The notes under the pieces are model-generated. The model made no database searches. It saw only the letters and a list, made by a program, of their open reading frames with translations, and was not told the origin of the DNA. The position numbers and the translations under genes were made by a program. Below are positions 20,451 through 29,756 of a DNA stretch of 64,000 nucleotides, piece after piece. Position 1 is the first letter of the stretch, and the number at the start of each line of letters is the position of its first letter. This stretch comes from Coriobacteriales bacterium (GTDB lineage: Bacteria > Actinomycetota > Coriobacteriia > Coriobacteriales > UBA8131): NCBI GenBank assembly GCA_031282405.1, contig JAITDU010000032.1:11154-75153 (forward strand). Reading direction: 5' to 3'.

Positions 20451-21250
20451 AGTGACATCTCCAGACTTATTGGGCAGTGATCAGAACCCGTAACCTCGGG
20501 ATAGATGTTTGCAGTCTGGATACTGTTTGCAAGTCGCTCGCTCACAAGGAAGTAATCAATGCGCCAGCCGGTATTATTGGCGCGCGCGTTGCCCCTAAAA
20601 GACCACCAGGTATAGGCACCCTGACGCTCTGGGTACAGGTGTCTGAACGTATCAGTAAATCCAGCCGCCAACAGTTCGTTAAAGTCGGCGCGTTCCTCAT
20701 CCGAAAAACCGGCATTTCCGCGGTTTGATTTAAAGTTCTTCAGATCGATTTCATTATGGGCGACATTCAGGTCACCGCAGATAATGACCGCTTTATCCTG
20801 ATCCAGCGTGGATACGAAGCGCCTGAATGCCGCGTCCCAGGCCATACGCAGATCTATACGGGCCAGGCCATCTTGGGCGTTGGGCGTATAGCAGCATACG
20901 AACCAGTAGTCGTCGAACTCAAGGGCGCATATCCGTCCCTCGGTATCAAGCACACGAGGATCCAAAAGACCCAAGCCGGTGCCGTCTTGAGCGTTTATCC
21001 CCAAGCTACGCACTACCTGAAGCGGTTCGCGTTTGCAAAACACAGCCGTGCCAGAATAGCCTTTGCGATCTGCGTAACTCCAGTAGTCATGATAGGCGTC
21101 GGGCATATCCAGCGTTACCTGGCCGCCTTGCAGCTTGGTTTCCTGGATAGCAAAGATGTCGGCATCAAAGCTGTCAAACACTTCATAGAAACCTTTTTTG
21201 AGCGCTGCCCTAAAGCCGTTAACGTTCCAAGACACCATCTTTGTGCTCAT
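20447..21250 (-). CDS. xth: Exodeoxyribonuclease III
   Basis: 267-aa ORF with MVSWNVNGFRA, IQETK, GDLNVAHNEIDL and the C-terminal SDHCPI motif of the EEP/ExoIII family. Confidence 0.92.
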   Translation of the reverse strand: MSTKMVSWNVNGFRAALKKGFYEVFDSFDADIFAIQETKLQGGQVTLDMPDAYHDYWSYADRKGYSGTAVFCKREPLQVVRSLGINAQDGTGLGLLDPRVLDTEGRICALEFDDYWFVCCYTPNAQDGLARIDLRMAWDAAFRRFVSTLDQDKAVIICGDLNVAHNEIDLKNFKSNRGNAGFSDEERADFNELLAAGFTDTFRHLYPERQGAYTWWSFRGNARANNTGWRIDYFLVSERLANSIQTANIYPEVTGSDHCPISLEMSL

Positions 21251-21493
21251 ATCTCTCCTTTATTCAGACATTGCTATCAGCCTTGTTATCGGCCCAGCGA
21301 GTCTAGGGCATTGCCGGTACAACCAATCTGGCAAAAAAAGTTTTCAGAGAGATAGTAGCGCTATCGCATATTTTTTGCTGACTTGATAAAATTACCACAT
21401 AGCTTTTTTGCGTGTATGTGTAAGACGTACTTGACTGTGCACAGCCCCTGTTTATCGACTACGGACGTTTTTTTGGAGCAGATCTGCGAGATT

Positions 21494-23500
21494 ATGAATC
21501 GAATCCGAGCAACAGCCATTCGAATCTTTGGGACGCTTTTTGCCGACAGACGGCGCACGGTCATACTACTTGTGCTGTCTGCCCTCTTTGCTCTCAGTAA
21601 TGTTTTTGTGCAACCGGTGTTCTATCGGGGTAGTATCGATCAGATTACCTCCAGCGCTCAGGGTTGGATAACAGCACTCGTGCAGATTTTGGGGTTGACC
21701 GTGGGTATCGCTGTGATATTGGCGGTGATATGTGCTTTTGGACGGCGCTTTTTCGTTTGGATAGCGCGCTTTAACCCGTTGCCGCAGTTGACCTTTGGCT
21801 GGCATAAGCGCTCTGTACTACTCGTGGCGGCCGTGATAATGATACTGTGGCTACCCTGGATTATTATTTATTTTCCCGGGTCGGCACCGTATGATGCGAT
21901 AGCCCAGATATATCAGATGCATGGCTCCGGTGCACTGCGCCCCGAGGTCTATGAACTAACGCTTGGTGGCTGGATATCAAATTCTCATCCTGTCCTGCAC
22001 ACGCTGATCCTCGGCGCTTTCTTTGAACTGGGCCATGCTCTGGGCTCGCAGGATCTGGGTATTTTTATGTATACCTTCTTCCAGTGTCTTGTGCGGGCAG
22101 TGAGCTTTGCCGCGGTCTGTTGTTATATCCGCCGTATTGGCGCCCCGCAACTCTTCTGTTTGCTGGCCCTGGTGTTTTTTGGGCTGTTTCCAGCCATATC
22201 CACCTCCTCGGTCGTGATATTCAAAGACCATCTCTATTCGCCGCTTTACGCGATCTATCTGATATTTATTATCGAGATAGTGCTCAGCAAAGGAGAAGTG
22301 CTGGGCATCAGGAAGTTCATTATCGGCCTGAGTATCATAGCTACACTTTTGGCCCTTCTCAAACACCCGGGCATCTATATTGTGGTTGGAAGTGCGGTAC
22401 TGCTGGCACTTGTCTACCGTCGACAGATAAAGTCGTTGCTGGTTTCGGTGCTGCTGCCGATTGTGACCGTATCGGTGCTTCTCCCCTTTGTGGTCTTTCC
22501 GGCGCTGAACATCGTTCCGGCCGGTTCACAGGATCTGTTCGGTCCGTTTTTCATGCAGACCGCCAAGGTCATCAAGGACCACCCAGAAGCTATGGGTCCT
22601 GAGGAGCGTGACATAATCGATCAGGTTGTGCCTTATCGGGTCATCGCAACAGGTTATAGTGTCATGACCTCTGACTATCTCAAGGGAAACTTCAGGCAAA
22701 ATTCGACCTTGTCCCAGAAGCTGGATTATCTACTGCTTTGGCTGCGCCAAGGTTTTGAGTATCCCAAAGAATATTTTGAGGGATATTTTGTTTTGGAAGA
22801 TTCCTGGATAGTACCTTTGGATGGTTGGGAAGTGTATGATCTCATTGGGCCGCACCATCAGTTGACTGTCATTGATGTCGTGGGCCATAACAACCGGTTG
22901 CCTCAGAACAAGGCTCGGGACATAGCTGGCGACCTCTACTTTGGCTATCACCCCGAGTTGACTCAAGCCAAGCAATTTATGCGCGATACTTTCCTGCACA
23001 CCCGAACTGTGCCGGTCATCGGTTTTTTCTATTCCGTAGCTACCTACACTTTTTATTTTCCGTTGCTGTTCTTAGGTGTTGTACTGCTTAATCGCCGTAG
23101 TTTCCTGCCGGTTTTTTTGCCGGTAGCCTTGTCGTTTATGGTGCTGATGGTCTCGCCGATGGCTATGTCTCGCTATGCCCTGCCTTTTTTGGAATCAACA
23201 CCCTTGCTATTCACGTTGGCGATCCTTGCCTTTCTCCAGCCCCAAACGCGGGCTATGTTACACTTGCACAGTTCAAAAAGTCATCTGTCAGAGCCCGGTT
23301 TTGGAATATCGAACCAAGACGACTCAATTGCCGGCAGTGCCACCCCCTCTGCGTCAGACCAAGACAACGAGGGCACTCGCCGGACCGATTCTGTCGCGTC
23401 GGGCTCTGACACGTCGATTATCGACGAGAAGGATAGTGCTGTGCTCGATACCGCGTCCAATCCTAAGAGACGCGCAAGCGGCATAACGACCGAGGTGTGA
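21494..23500 (+). CDS. Large polytopic membrane protein, DUF6020/GT-C-like putative glycosyltransferase
   Basis: About 12 or more TM segments and a Ser/Asp-rich C-terminal tail. Its stop overlaps the GT2 gene. The family name is from memory of similar architectures, not from a search. The ORF opens at 21383; ATG 21494 is the likely start. Confidence 0.6.
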   Translation: MNRIRATAIRIFGTLFADRRRTVILLVLSALFALSNVFVQPVFYRGSIDQITSSAQGWITALVQILGLTVGIAVILAVICAFGRRFFVWIARFNPLPQLTFGWHKRSVLLVAAVIMILWLPWIIIYFPGSAPYDAIAQIYQMHGSGALRPEVYELTLGGWISNSHPVLHTLILGAFFELGHALGSQDLGIFMYTFFQCLVRAVSFAAVCCYIRRIGAPQLFCLLALVFFGLFPAISTSSVVIFKDHLYSPLYAIYLIFIIEIVLSKGEVLGIRKFIIGLSIIATLLALLKHPGIYIVVGSAVLLALVYRRQIKSLLVSVLLPIVTVSVLLPFVVFPALNIVPAGSQDLFGPFFMQTAKVIKDHPEAMGPEERDIIDQVVPYRVIATGYSVMTSDYLKGNFRQNSTLSQKLDYLLLWLRQGFEYPKEYFEGYFVLEDSWIVPLDGWEVYDLIGPHHQLTVIDVVGHNNRLPQNKARDIAGDLYFGYHPELTQAKQFMRDTFLHTRTVPVIGFFYSVATYTFYFPLLFLGVVLLNRRSFLPVFLPVALSFMVLMVSPMAMSRYALPFLESTPLLFTLAILAFLQPQTRAMLHLHSSKSHLSEPGFGISNQDDSIAGSATPSASDQDNEGTRRTDSVASGSDTSIIDEKDSAVLDTASNPKRRASGITTEV

Positions 23501-23511
23501 GGCCAGAATCA

Positions 23512-24561
23512 ATGCGTGATACTACCATAGCAGTACTTATCCCCGTGTATAACGAGTCGCAGACAATCGCTAAAGTCATAGACGACTTTGCCCGGGAGTT
23601 GCCGCAGGCCACAATCTATGTCTATGACAACAATTCTTCAGATGGCAGCGCTGCCATCGCTGCTGAACAGGGAGCCGTTGTGCGCAAGGAGACCCGACAG
23701 GGTAAGGGTAATGTCGTGCGTCAGATGTTTCGCGAAATTGATGCCGATTATTATGTTATGGTCGATGGCGACGATACCTATCCCGCCGAGGCCGTCCACA
23801 GTCTGTTGGAGCCTTTGTGGACGGGCGAAGCGGATATGGTCATCGGCGATCGTCTTTCTAACTTCACCTACCATAGAGAGAATAAACGAGCCTTCCACAG
23901 TTTTGGCAACAACCTCGTGCGCAAGCTGATACAGCTGATCTACGGGGTACGCATTACCGATGTGCTCACGGGTTACCGTGCATTTTCGCGTTTGTATGTC
24001 AAAGCCTGTCCGATACTTTCGCGTGGCTTTGAAATCGAAACTGAACTGACAATCCACAGTATCGACAAGAACTGGCGCATCTGCGAGGTACCCATCGACT
24101 ATCGTGATCGCCCCGAGGGCTCTGTGTCCAAATTATCAACGTTTGGCGACGGTTTTAAGGTGTTGCTAAAGATCCTCAGTCTTTTTAAGGATTACCGGCC
24201 GCTGGTGCTGTTCGCAATTATTGCCTGCGTGCTTTTGCTCGTGGGCATCATAGTGGGCATAACCGTGATTGTGGACTATCTCAATACCGGCCTGGTTGCG
24301 CGCTTCCCTTCGGCTATTTTGGCCGTAGGACTTGTGTTTAGCGGCCTGCTTTGTCTGACCTCGGGGCTGATTCTCGACACTACGGTCAAGAGCTGGCGTA
24401 AACACTACGAGTTGACTGTCACACATGACTATGCTGCCCAACAGCGCTACCAGCAGGGGAGAAGTGCCCAACAGCGCTACCAGCAGGGGAGAAGTGCCCA
24501 AGACACCGTCGAGCGGACTGATGCCCGGCAGCGCTCTGTCGACAAGACTCAGGAGCGCTAG
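23512..24561 (+). CDS. GT2 family glycosyltransferase with C-terminal TM helices (GtrB/CsbB-like polyprenyl-phosphate glycosyltransferase)
   Basis: IAVLIPVYNE start, DNNSSDGS, and the VDGDDTYP (DxD) motif. Two C-terminal TM helices, then a Gln/Arg-rich tail containing a tandem repeat. Confidence 0.85.
   Translation: MRDTTIAVLIPVYNESQTIAKVIDDFARELPQATIYVYDNNSSDGSAAIAAEQGAVVRKETRQGKGNVVRQMFREIDADYYVMVDGDDTYPAEAVHSLLEPLWTGEADMVIGDRLSNFTYHRENKRAFHSFGNNLVRKLIQLIYGVRITDVLTGYRAFSRLYVKACPILSRGFEIETELTIHSIDKNWRICEVPIDYRDRPEGSVSKLSTFGDGFKVLLKILSLFKDYRPLVLFAIIACVLLLVGIIVGITVIVDYLNTGLVARFPSAILAVGLVFSGLLCLTSGLILDTTVKSWRKHYELTVTHDYAAQQRYQQGRSAQQRYQQGRSAQDTVERTDARQRSVDKTQER
24436..24503. repeat. Perfect 30-bp tandem repeat, 2.3 copies, in the 3' end of the GT2 gene
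   Basis: GCCCAACAGCGCTACCAGCAGGGGAGAAGT occurs at 24436-24465 and 24466-24495, and a third copy begins with GCCCAAGA. It encodes AQQRYQQGRS twice. Confidence 0.9.
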
Positions 24562-24968
24562 TGGGTGAGGAACCCCCCCGTCCGACACTCGAAATCGCTT
24601 CTATTCTCAGGCAGGGCGGACGCTATTTAATCGTAGGCTTCTCCTCGGCCCTTATCGAATTGGTGCTGTTCTTTAGTCTGCATGAGCTGTTGGCCGCGCA
24701 TATTATCCTCAGCAATGTTTGTGCTATTACAATAGCAACTGCCTACAACTTCTGGTTGAGTCGTACCTGGACGTTCAGGTCGGTGTCCAGTCTGCCTCGC
24801 TCGGCTGTGCTTTATCTGTTGTTGTTTGTGTTTAACCAGGTGTTCTCCTCGGTGACCATCGTCTGGCTTGTGGGGTTGGGATTGCTGCCTATTTTGGCCA
24901 AGCTGTTCACGATGGCCTGTATTGTCTGCTGGAACTTCGTGCTCTACCGTCAGGTCATATTCAGATAG
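24561..24968 (+). CDS. GtrA family membrane protein
   Basis: 135-aa ORF with four TM helices and RYLIVGFSSALIELVLFF and W(N)FVLYRQVIF motifs typical of GtrA. The GTG start overlaps the GT2 stop by 1 nt. Confidence 0.8.
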   Translation: MGEEPPRPTLEIASILRQGGRYLIVGFSSALIELVLFFSLHELLAAHIILSNVCAITIATAYNFWLSRTWTFRSVSSLPRSAVLYLLLFVFNQVFSSVTIVWLVGLGLLPILAKLFTMACIVCWNFVLYRQVIFR

Positions 24969-25161
24969 ATTCAGGGTCTTCCTTGCTCTTCCTTTTTTGC
25001 TTATCTTGAATTTCTTGATATTTTAAACATCGTTGCGGTTGTTTCTACGAAAATCTGCTACACTAGACAAGCGCTGTAAAAACGTATACGGGGTGTTGCA
25101 GATTTATAAGTCTGAGGTCGCGACCCCTATAATATATGCATAGATGCGGGAGGCGGATGCA

Positions 25162-26463
25162 ATGACTGACTCAATTAAAGACCTAACAGGAACACGCGAT
25201 GACAATCAACGCGAGTTGATTATGATTGTCGACGACAGCATCTCAAATTTGAAAATTGCAAAGAATGCCCTTTCTGATGCATTTGATGTGCTCACGGTAC
25301 TCTCTGCCGCCAAAATGTTTGAACTTTTGAAGCGAACCATCCCCGATATTATTCTGCTCGATATAGAGATGCCGGATATGGACGGATATGAAGCGATAGG
25401 CATCCTGAAGGCCTCAGCAAGAACCAGAGATATCCCTGTCATCTTCCTGACTGGCAGAGGAGACGCGGAGTCCGAACTCAAAGGGCTTAACCTGGGGGCT
25501 GCCGACTACGTCGCCAAACCGTTTATGCCTGCCCTCATGCGCAAGCGCGTGCAGGTCCACCTTACGGCAGAAAGTCAAAAACACATGCTTGAGGAGCAGG
25601 CGAATATTTTAACGGCACAGGAGAGGATGCTGCTTGACTTTAACGACAATCTGATGAAGATGGTTGACGAGAAGACCGCCAAGGTTGTTGAGTTGCAAGA
25701 CACGATGCTGTATACCGTGGCAAATCTTGTAGAAAGCCGCGACGACGTTACGGGCAAGCACATAGAACGTACGGAACGCTGGCTTTCGCTCCTCATTGAT
25801 GCGGCCTGCGATGCAGGGGTCTACACAGATCAGATAACATCTTGGGACATACCGCTTCTTTTGCGCTCCTCGCAGTTGCATGACGTGGGTAAAATCTCTG
25901 TCAGCGACCGTATTTTGAAAAAGCCTGGACCGTTGACCGCAGAAGAGTTCAGCGAAATTAAAAAGCATGCGACGTTCGGTGTGAGGATAATCGAACGTAT
26001 GGAATCGAAGACGACCGAAAGCGATTTTCTTAGATATGCAAAAATACTCGCGGGGACACACCATGAGAAGTGGGATGGTTCCGGTTATCCGGATGGACGT
26101 GGTGGACGGGACATTCCGTTGCCCGGTCGTTTCATGGCCTTGGCCGATGTTTATGATGCGTTGACATCGGAGCGGCCCTACAAAAGACCTTATCCTCATG
26201 AGAAGGCCGTAGGAATTATCATGTCTGAGAAAGAAACGCATTTTGACCCTGCTCTGGTTGATATATTCATGCGTGTAGAAAGCCGTATCAAGGAAGAGAA
26301 TGAATTCAACAGGGCCATGTATGGCAAGGAGCCAATCCCCGGCGAGGAGTCAATCCCCAGCGAGGAGGCATCTTTTGGCGATGACCCGAGCAAAGACGAC
26401 GGCCCTCCCAGAGCAGGCGCGGGGTTCGACAGCACACCATCGACCATGAACGCTGCTTTTTAA
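25162..26463 (+). CDS. Response regulator with REC and HD-GYP domains (putative c-di-GMP phosphodiesterase)
   Basis: REC domain: DIILLDIEMPDMDG, PVIFLTG and KPF. HD-GYP domain: LHDVGK and HHEKWDGSGYPDG. A GGGAGG Shine-Dalgarno sequence precedes ATG 25162. The ORF opens at 25144. Confidence 0.88.
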   Translation: MTDSIKDLTGTRDDNQRELIMIVDDSISNLKIAKNALSDAFDVLTVLSAAKMFELLKRTIPDIILLDIEMPDMDGYEAIGILKASARTRDIPVIFLTGRGDAESELKGLNLGAADYVAKPFMPALMRKRVQVHLTAESQKHMLEEQANILTAQERMLLDFNDNLMKMVDEKTAKVVELQDTMLYTVANLVESRDDVTGKHIERTERWLSLLIDAACDAGVYTDQITSWDIPLLLRSSQLHDVGKISVSDRILKKPGPLTAEEFSEIKKHATFGVRIIERMESKTTESDFLRYAKILAGTHHEKWDGSGYPDGRGGRDIPLPGRFMALADVYDALTSERPYKRPYPHEKAVGIIMSEKETHFDPALVDIFMRVESRIKEENEFNRAMYGKEPIPGEESIPSEEASFGDDPSKDDGPPRAGAGFDSTPSTMNAAF

Positions 26464-26503
26464 GCCGAGGCCACAGATTGAGACCAAGCCGCAAGGAAGG
26501 AAT

Positions 26504-29368
26504 ATGATGATCGCAAACGCTCCAAGAAATCTCAAAAGGATAGGTACGCGCTCCCTACTTTTCCTGCTTGCCCTTGCGTTTGTACTGCTCTCCTTGCCTG
26601 CGGTGGGTCAGGCCCAGGGAGAAACCTTAGACCTGACAAGCGAGGAAAAGGCATTCATCGAAGAGCATCCTGTCATCCGGGTGAGCATTAATCGAAATTT
26701 TGTTCCCTTTGAATATTTGGACGAGAACGGAGATTATGTTGGCATAGCGCCTCATTTTCTTGAATTGATCGGGAAAAAGACCGGTCTTGTTTTTGAGCCT
26801 GCCAAAAATTTCAGCTATACCTATGCAGAAGCGCAGGAAATGGTTAAGGAGCGCGAGCTTGACCTGCTCCCGTCTTTAGGGTGGACGCAGGAGAGGGAAG
26901 ACGCATATTGGTTGACGGAGATTTATTACGAATACCAAATGACCTTTGTGACGCGCAGCGACTATGATGCGAATAGCGTAGATGACTTCAGGGGGAAAAG
27001 GATCGCGGTGGAGGCCAACACTGCCATTGCGGATTTTGCCGCGTCTGAACTCGGTGCTCATGTAAGCCTTTACGACACAGAAGACGAGGCGTTGCTTGCT
27101 GTTGCGGAAGGTACGGAGGAAGTGGCACTGGGCCACCTTCGCAGTATCATGACCACCTCCGGCAAGCTGGGGGTTTCCCAATTCAAGCTCATCACGATCA
27201 ATAACGAAGAAGGAGAAGGCTTTCATATGGGAGTCCGCAAGGACTGGCCGATTCTTCGTGACATCTTGGACAAGGCTATTGACTCCGTCACGCCAGAGGA
27301 GCGAGCCAACATCTTGGAACACTGGCAAGATGCCGGTAACGATGATGACGAGGTCTTTAAAGCGCTGCTACCGTGGGCGATTGGGATAGGTGCCGTCATA
27401 GCAATCACGTTAATCGCGATTGCTGTCAGGACGTATGTAAGCAGGAAAAAACTCGCCACCCATTTACGCAACGAGATGATTTTGGCGCAAAGGGTCGAAG
27501 AGCAGACCAAGGCACTGCAGGAACAGACACGACTCGCCGTGGAGGCGTCTCAGGCAAAAAGCGAGTTCCTTGCCAAGATGAGCCATGAGATACGCACACC
27601 TATGAATGTGGTCATTGGACTGGCTGAGGTATTGTTGCGACGCGATCTGCCCGAAGATGCCAAACAGGAGGTGTGGCACATCAGGCAGTCGGGAATCCAT
27701 CTGCTCTCGATCATAAACGACATACTGGATTTCTCAAAAGTCGAAGCGGGCAAAATGGAGTTGACGGACTCGGCATACATGTTCGGCTCTCTGCTTCATG
27801 ATGTGGAAAACATCATTCGATTCCGGGTCGCAGAAAAACCGATTACCTTCACCATGATAGTCGATCCGAGTTTGCCAAACATGCTACGTGGCGATATGAC
27901 GCGCATTCGACAGATCCTGCTGAACCTTCTGGGTAACGCTGTCAAGTTTACACAGGAAGGCACTATCACCTTGACTGTGTCCGGAGAGCTTAAGGGCGAG
28001 AATGCAATACTTCTCGCATTTGAAGTGGCCGATACAGGAATTGGGATTGATGAGGAAGACATTGATAAGGTTTTTGACAACTTCCAACAGTCCGACCTCG
28101 TGCAGAATAGCGATATTGAAGGAACCGGACTCGGCCTTCCGATCTCGCAGGCGCTCAGCAACCTCATGGGCGGCGAAATCACGTTGAAAAGCGTACACGG
28201 CAAAGGCAGTGTTTTCACAGCCTTTATTCCACAGGAGATAGCAGATGCCCAACCTCTCATGCGCTATGATGAGATCGCCGAGTATGAGGAAAGGAATCAG
28301 AGCATAAGGTTCATAGCGCCGAGTGCGCGCATCCTTGCCGTTGATGATTCCGACACCAATCTGATAGTGCTCAATGGTCTGTTGGCACCTTTTGAGGTGA
28401 TGATAGACGACTGTCTGCGTGGTGAGGACGCCATCGAAATGGTAAAAGAAAAGCACTACGATCTTATCTTTATGGACCACATGATGCCCGGCATGGACGG
28501 TGTTGAGACTGTCAAAGTGATACGCGAATGGGAGGGTACAAGTGGTGACGCTGTTCCCATCGTCGCGCTCACTGCAAATGCAGTTGCAGGAATGAGAGAG
28601 ATGTTTTTAGAGAATGGCTTTAACGACTTTTTGGCAAAGCCAATAGAGATACATCTTCTCAACAGGATGATGGAAAAGTGGATACCGCTTGAGAAACGAG
28701 AAGATCCTCGTCCGACGGAAGCCCGCACTGGCGATAATGATTCAGCCGGCGACACACCCGATATGGATTTTTCCGTCGAGGGGTTGGATATGGAGTCGGG
28801 CTTGTCCATGACCGGTGGCTCTGTCAAGCAATACCGCGATGTGTTGATGCTTTTTTCCAAAGAGGCCGCAGAGAGGTTGCCCGTATTGCAACAGATTCCA
28901 GATGACGCTGGCCTTTTATCATTTACGACGAACGTGCATGCGCTTAAAAGTGCTCTGAAGTCCATTGGCGCATCCGCGCTGTCTGAGGAAGCGAAAGTTC
29001 TTGAAGATGCAGGAAAAGCAGCCGATATAGATTACATCAGCGAGAATCTGCCTGTTTTTTACGTACAACTGAATGCGCTTATTGAACGGATACGCCGTGC
29101 GCTCAAAGACGGTTCGGAAGATGCATCTGTGGGCGAGAGTCCCCCAATACCGCTCAACGAAGAAATCATTGCGCAGCTGAGACAGGCTTTAACGGATGCC
29201 GACGTCGGGGCGGCAGACCGATATCTGGAAGCATTAAGCGACTCGGCGTGCGGAACAAAGGTACGAGACGTGCTCGATGAGATATCGGATAGCGTTTTGA
29301 TATCAGATTTTGATGAAGCGATTCGCCTTGCGGACGTGCTGGTAAAAAGCGACCATAATGTGGCATAA
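26504..29368 (+). CDS. Hybrid sensor histidine kinase (periplasmic solute-binding-like domain, HisKA, HATPase, REC, HPt)
   Basis: 954-aa ORF. Signal/TM segment, then an SBP-type extracytoplasmic domain, a TM helix, the H-box MSHEIRTPMN, ATPase boxes NLLGNAVKFT and GTGLGLPIS, REC DLIFMDHMMPGMDG, and a C-terminal HPt (NVHALKSALKSIGA). Confidence 0.9.
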   Translation: MMIANAPRNLKRIGTRSLLFLLALAFVLLSLPAVGQAQGETLDLTSEEKAFIEEHPVIRVSINRNFVPFEYLDENGDYVGIAPHFLELIGKKTGLVFEPAKNFSYTYAEAQEMVKERELDLLPSLGWTQEREDAYWLTEIYYEYQMTFVTRSDYDANSVDDFRGKRIAVEANTAIADFAASELGAHVSLYDTEDEALLAVAEGTEEVALGHLRSIMTTSGKLGVSQFKLITINNEEGEGFHMGVRKDWPILRDILDKAIDSVTPEERANILEHWQDAGNDDDEVFKALLPWAIGIGAVIAITLIAIAVRTYVSRKKLATHLRNEMILAQRVEEQTKALQEQTRLAVEASQAKSEFLAKMSHEIRTPMNVVIGLAEVLLRRDLPEDAKQEVWHIRQSGIHLLSIINDILDFSKVEAGKMELTDSAYMFGSLLHDVENIIRFRVAEKPITFTMIVDPSLPNMLRGDMTRIRQILLNLLGNAVKFTQEGTITLTVSGELKGENAILLAFEVADTGIGIDEEDIDKVFDNFQQSDLVQNSDIEGTGLGLPISQALSNLMGGEITLKSVHGKGSVFTAFIPQEIADAQPLMRYDEIAEYEERNQSIRFIAPSARILAVDDSDTNLIVLNGLLAPFEVMIDDCLRGEDAIEMVKEKHYDLIFMDHMMPGMDGVETVKVIREWEGTSGDAVPIVALTANAVAGMREMFLENGFNDFLAKPIEIHLLNRMMEKWIPLEKREDPRPTEARTGDNDSAGDTPDMDFSVEGLDMESGLSMTGGSVKQYRDVLMLFSKEAAERLPVLQQIPDDAGLLSFTTNVHALKSALKSIGASALSEEAKVLEDAGKAADIDYISENLPVFYVQLNALIERIRRALKDGSEDASVGESPPIPLNEEIIAQLRQALTDADVGAADRYLEALSDSACGTKVRDVLDEISDSVLISDFDEAIRLADVLVKSDHNVA

Positions 29369-29429
29369 TTATCTTTTGACTTTCTATCGATGAGCTGCTG
29401 TAAGCAAAACCACGACGATTGGAGTTACC

Positions 29430-29756
29430 ATGCCTAACTTTCCCGACCCGTTTGTTGGCGCTGACCCTCAAAAGCTGAGTAAAGCCGACCTGGTCCAGGC
29501 CATCCGTATCGACATAGCCGGCGAACTGGAGGCGATGTTTCTTTATGACGCCCACGCTCGAGCTACTGACGACGAGCTGGTGCGCAAAACGCTCTTTGAA
29601 ATTCGCGATGAGGAACGCGAGCATACCGGCGAGTTGATCTCGCTGTTGCGTTATCTTGATCCCAAAGAGACCGATCTGCTTTTAGAAGGTCAGGGCGAAG
29701 TTCAAGAGAAGGCTGAGAAGCTGGGAGTGGACTTCAAACGACTGCTCAGCGAATAG
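29430..29756 (+). CDS. Small ferritin-like protein of the EncFtn (encapsulated-ferritin-like) type
   Basis: 108-aa ORF with the di-iron ligand pattern AGELEAMFLY ... IRDEEREHTGE (ExxE ... EExEH), resembling EncFtn and small rubrerythrin-like proteins. The family assignment is by motif only. Confidence 0.6.
   Translation: MPNFPDPFVGADPQKLSKADLVQAIRIDIAGELEAMFLYDAHARATDDELVRKTLFEIRDEEREHTGELISLLRYLDPKETDLLLEGQGEVQEKAEKLGVDFKRLLSE

Noticed and set aside
24436-24503. Tandem and direct repeats (also at 8118-8315, 32332-32390 and 44404-44480) were checked as possible CRISPR arrays
   Set aside because: Each has only two or three copies. There are no regularly sized unique spacers, two of them lie inside coding sequence, and no cas genes are present.
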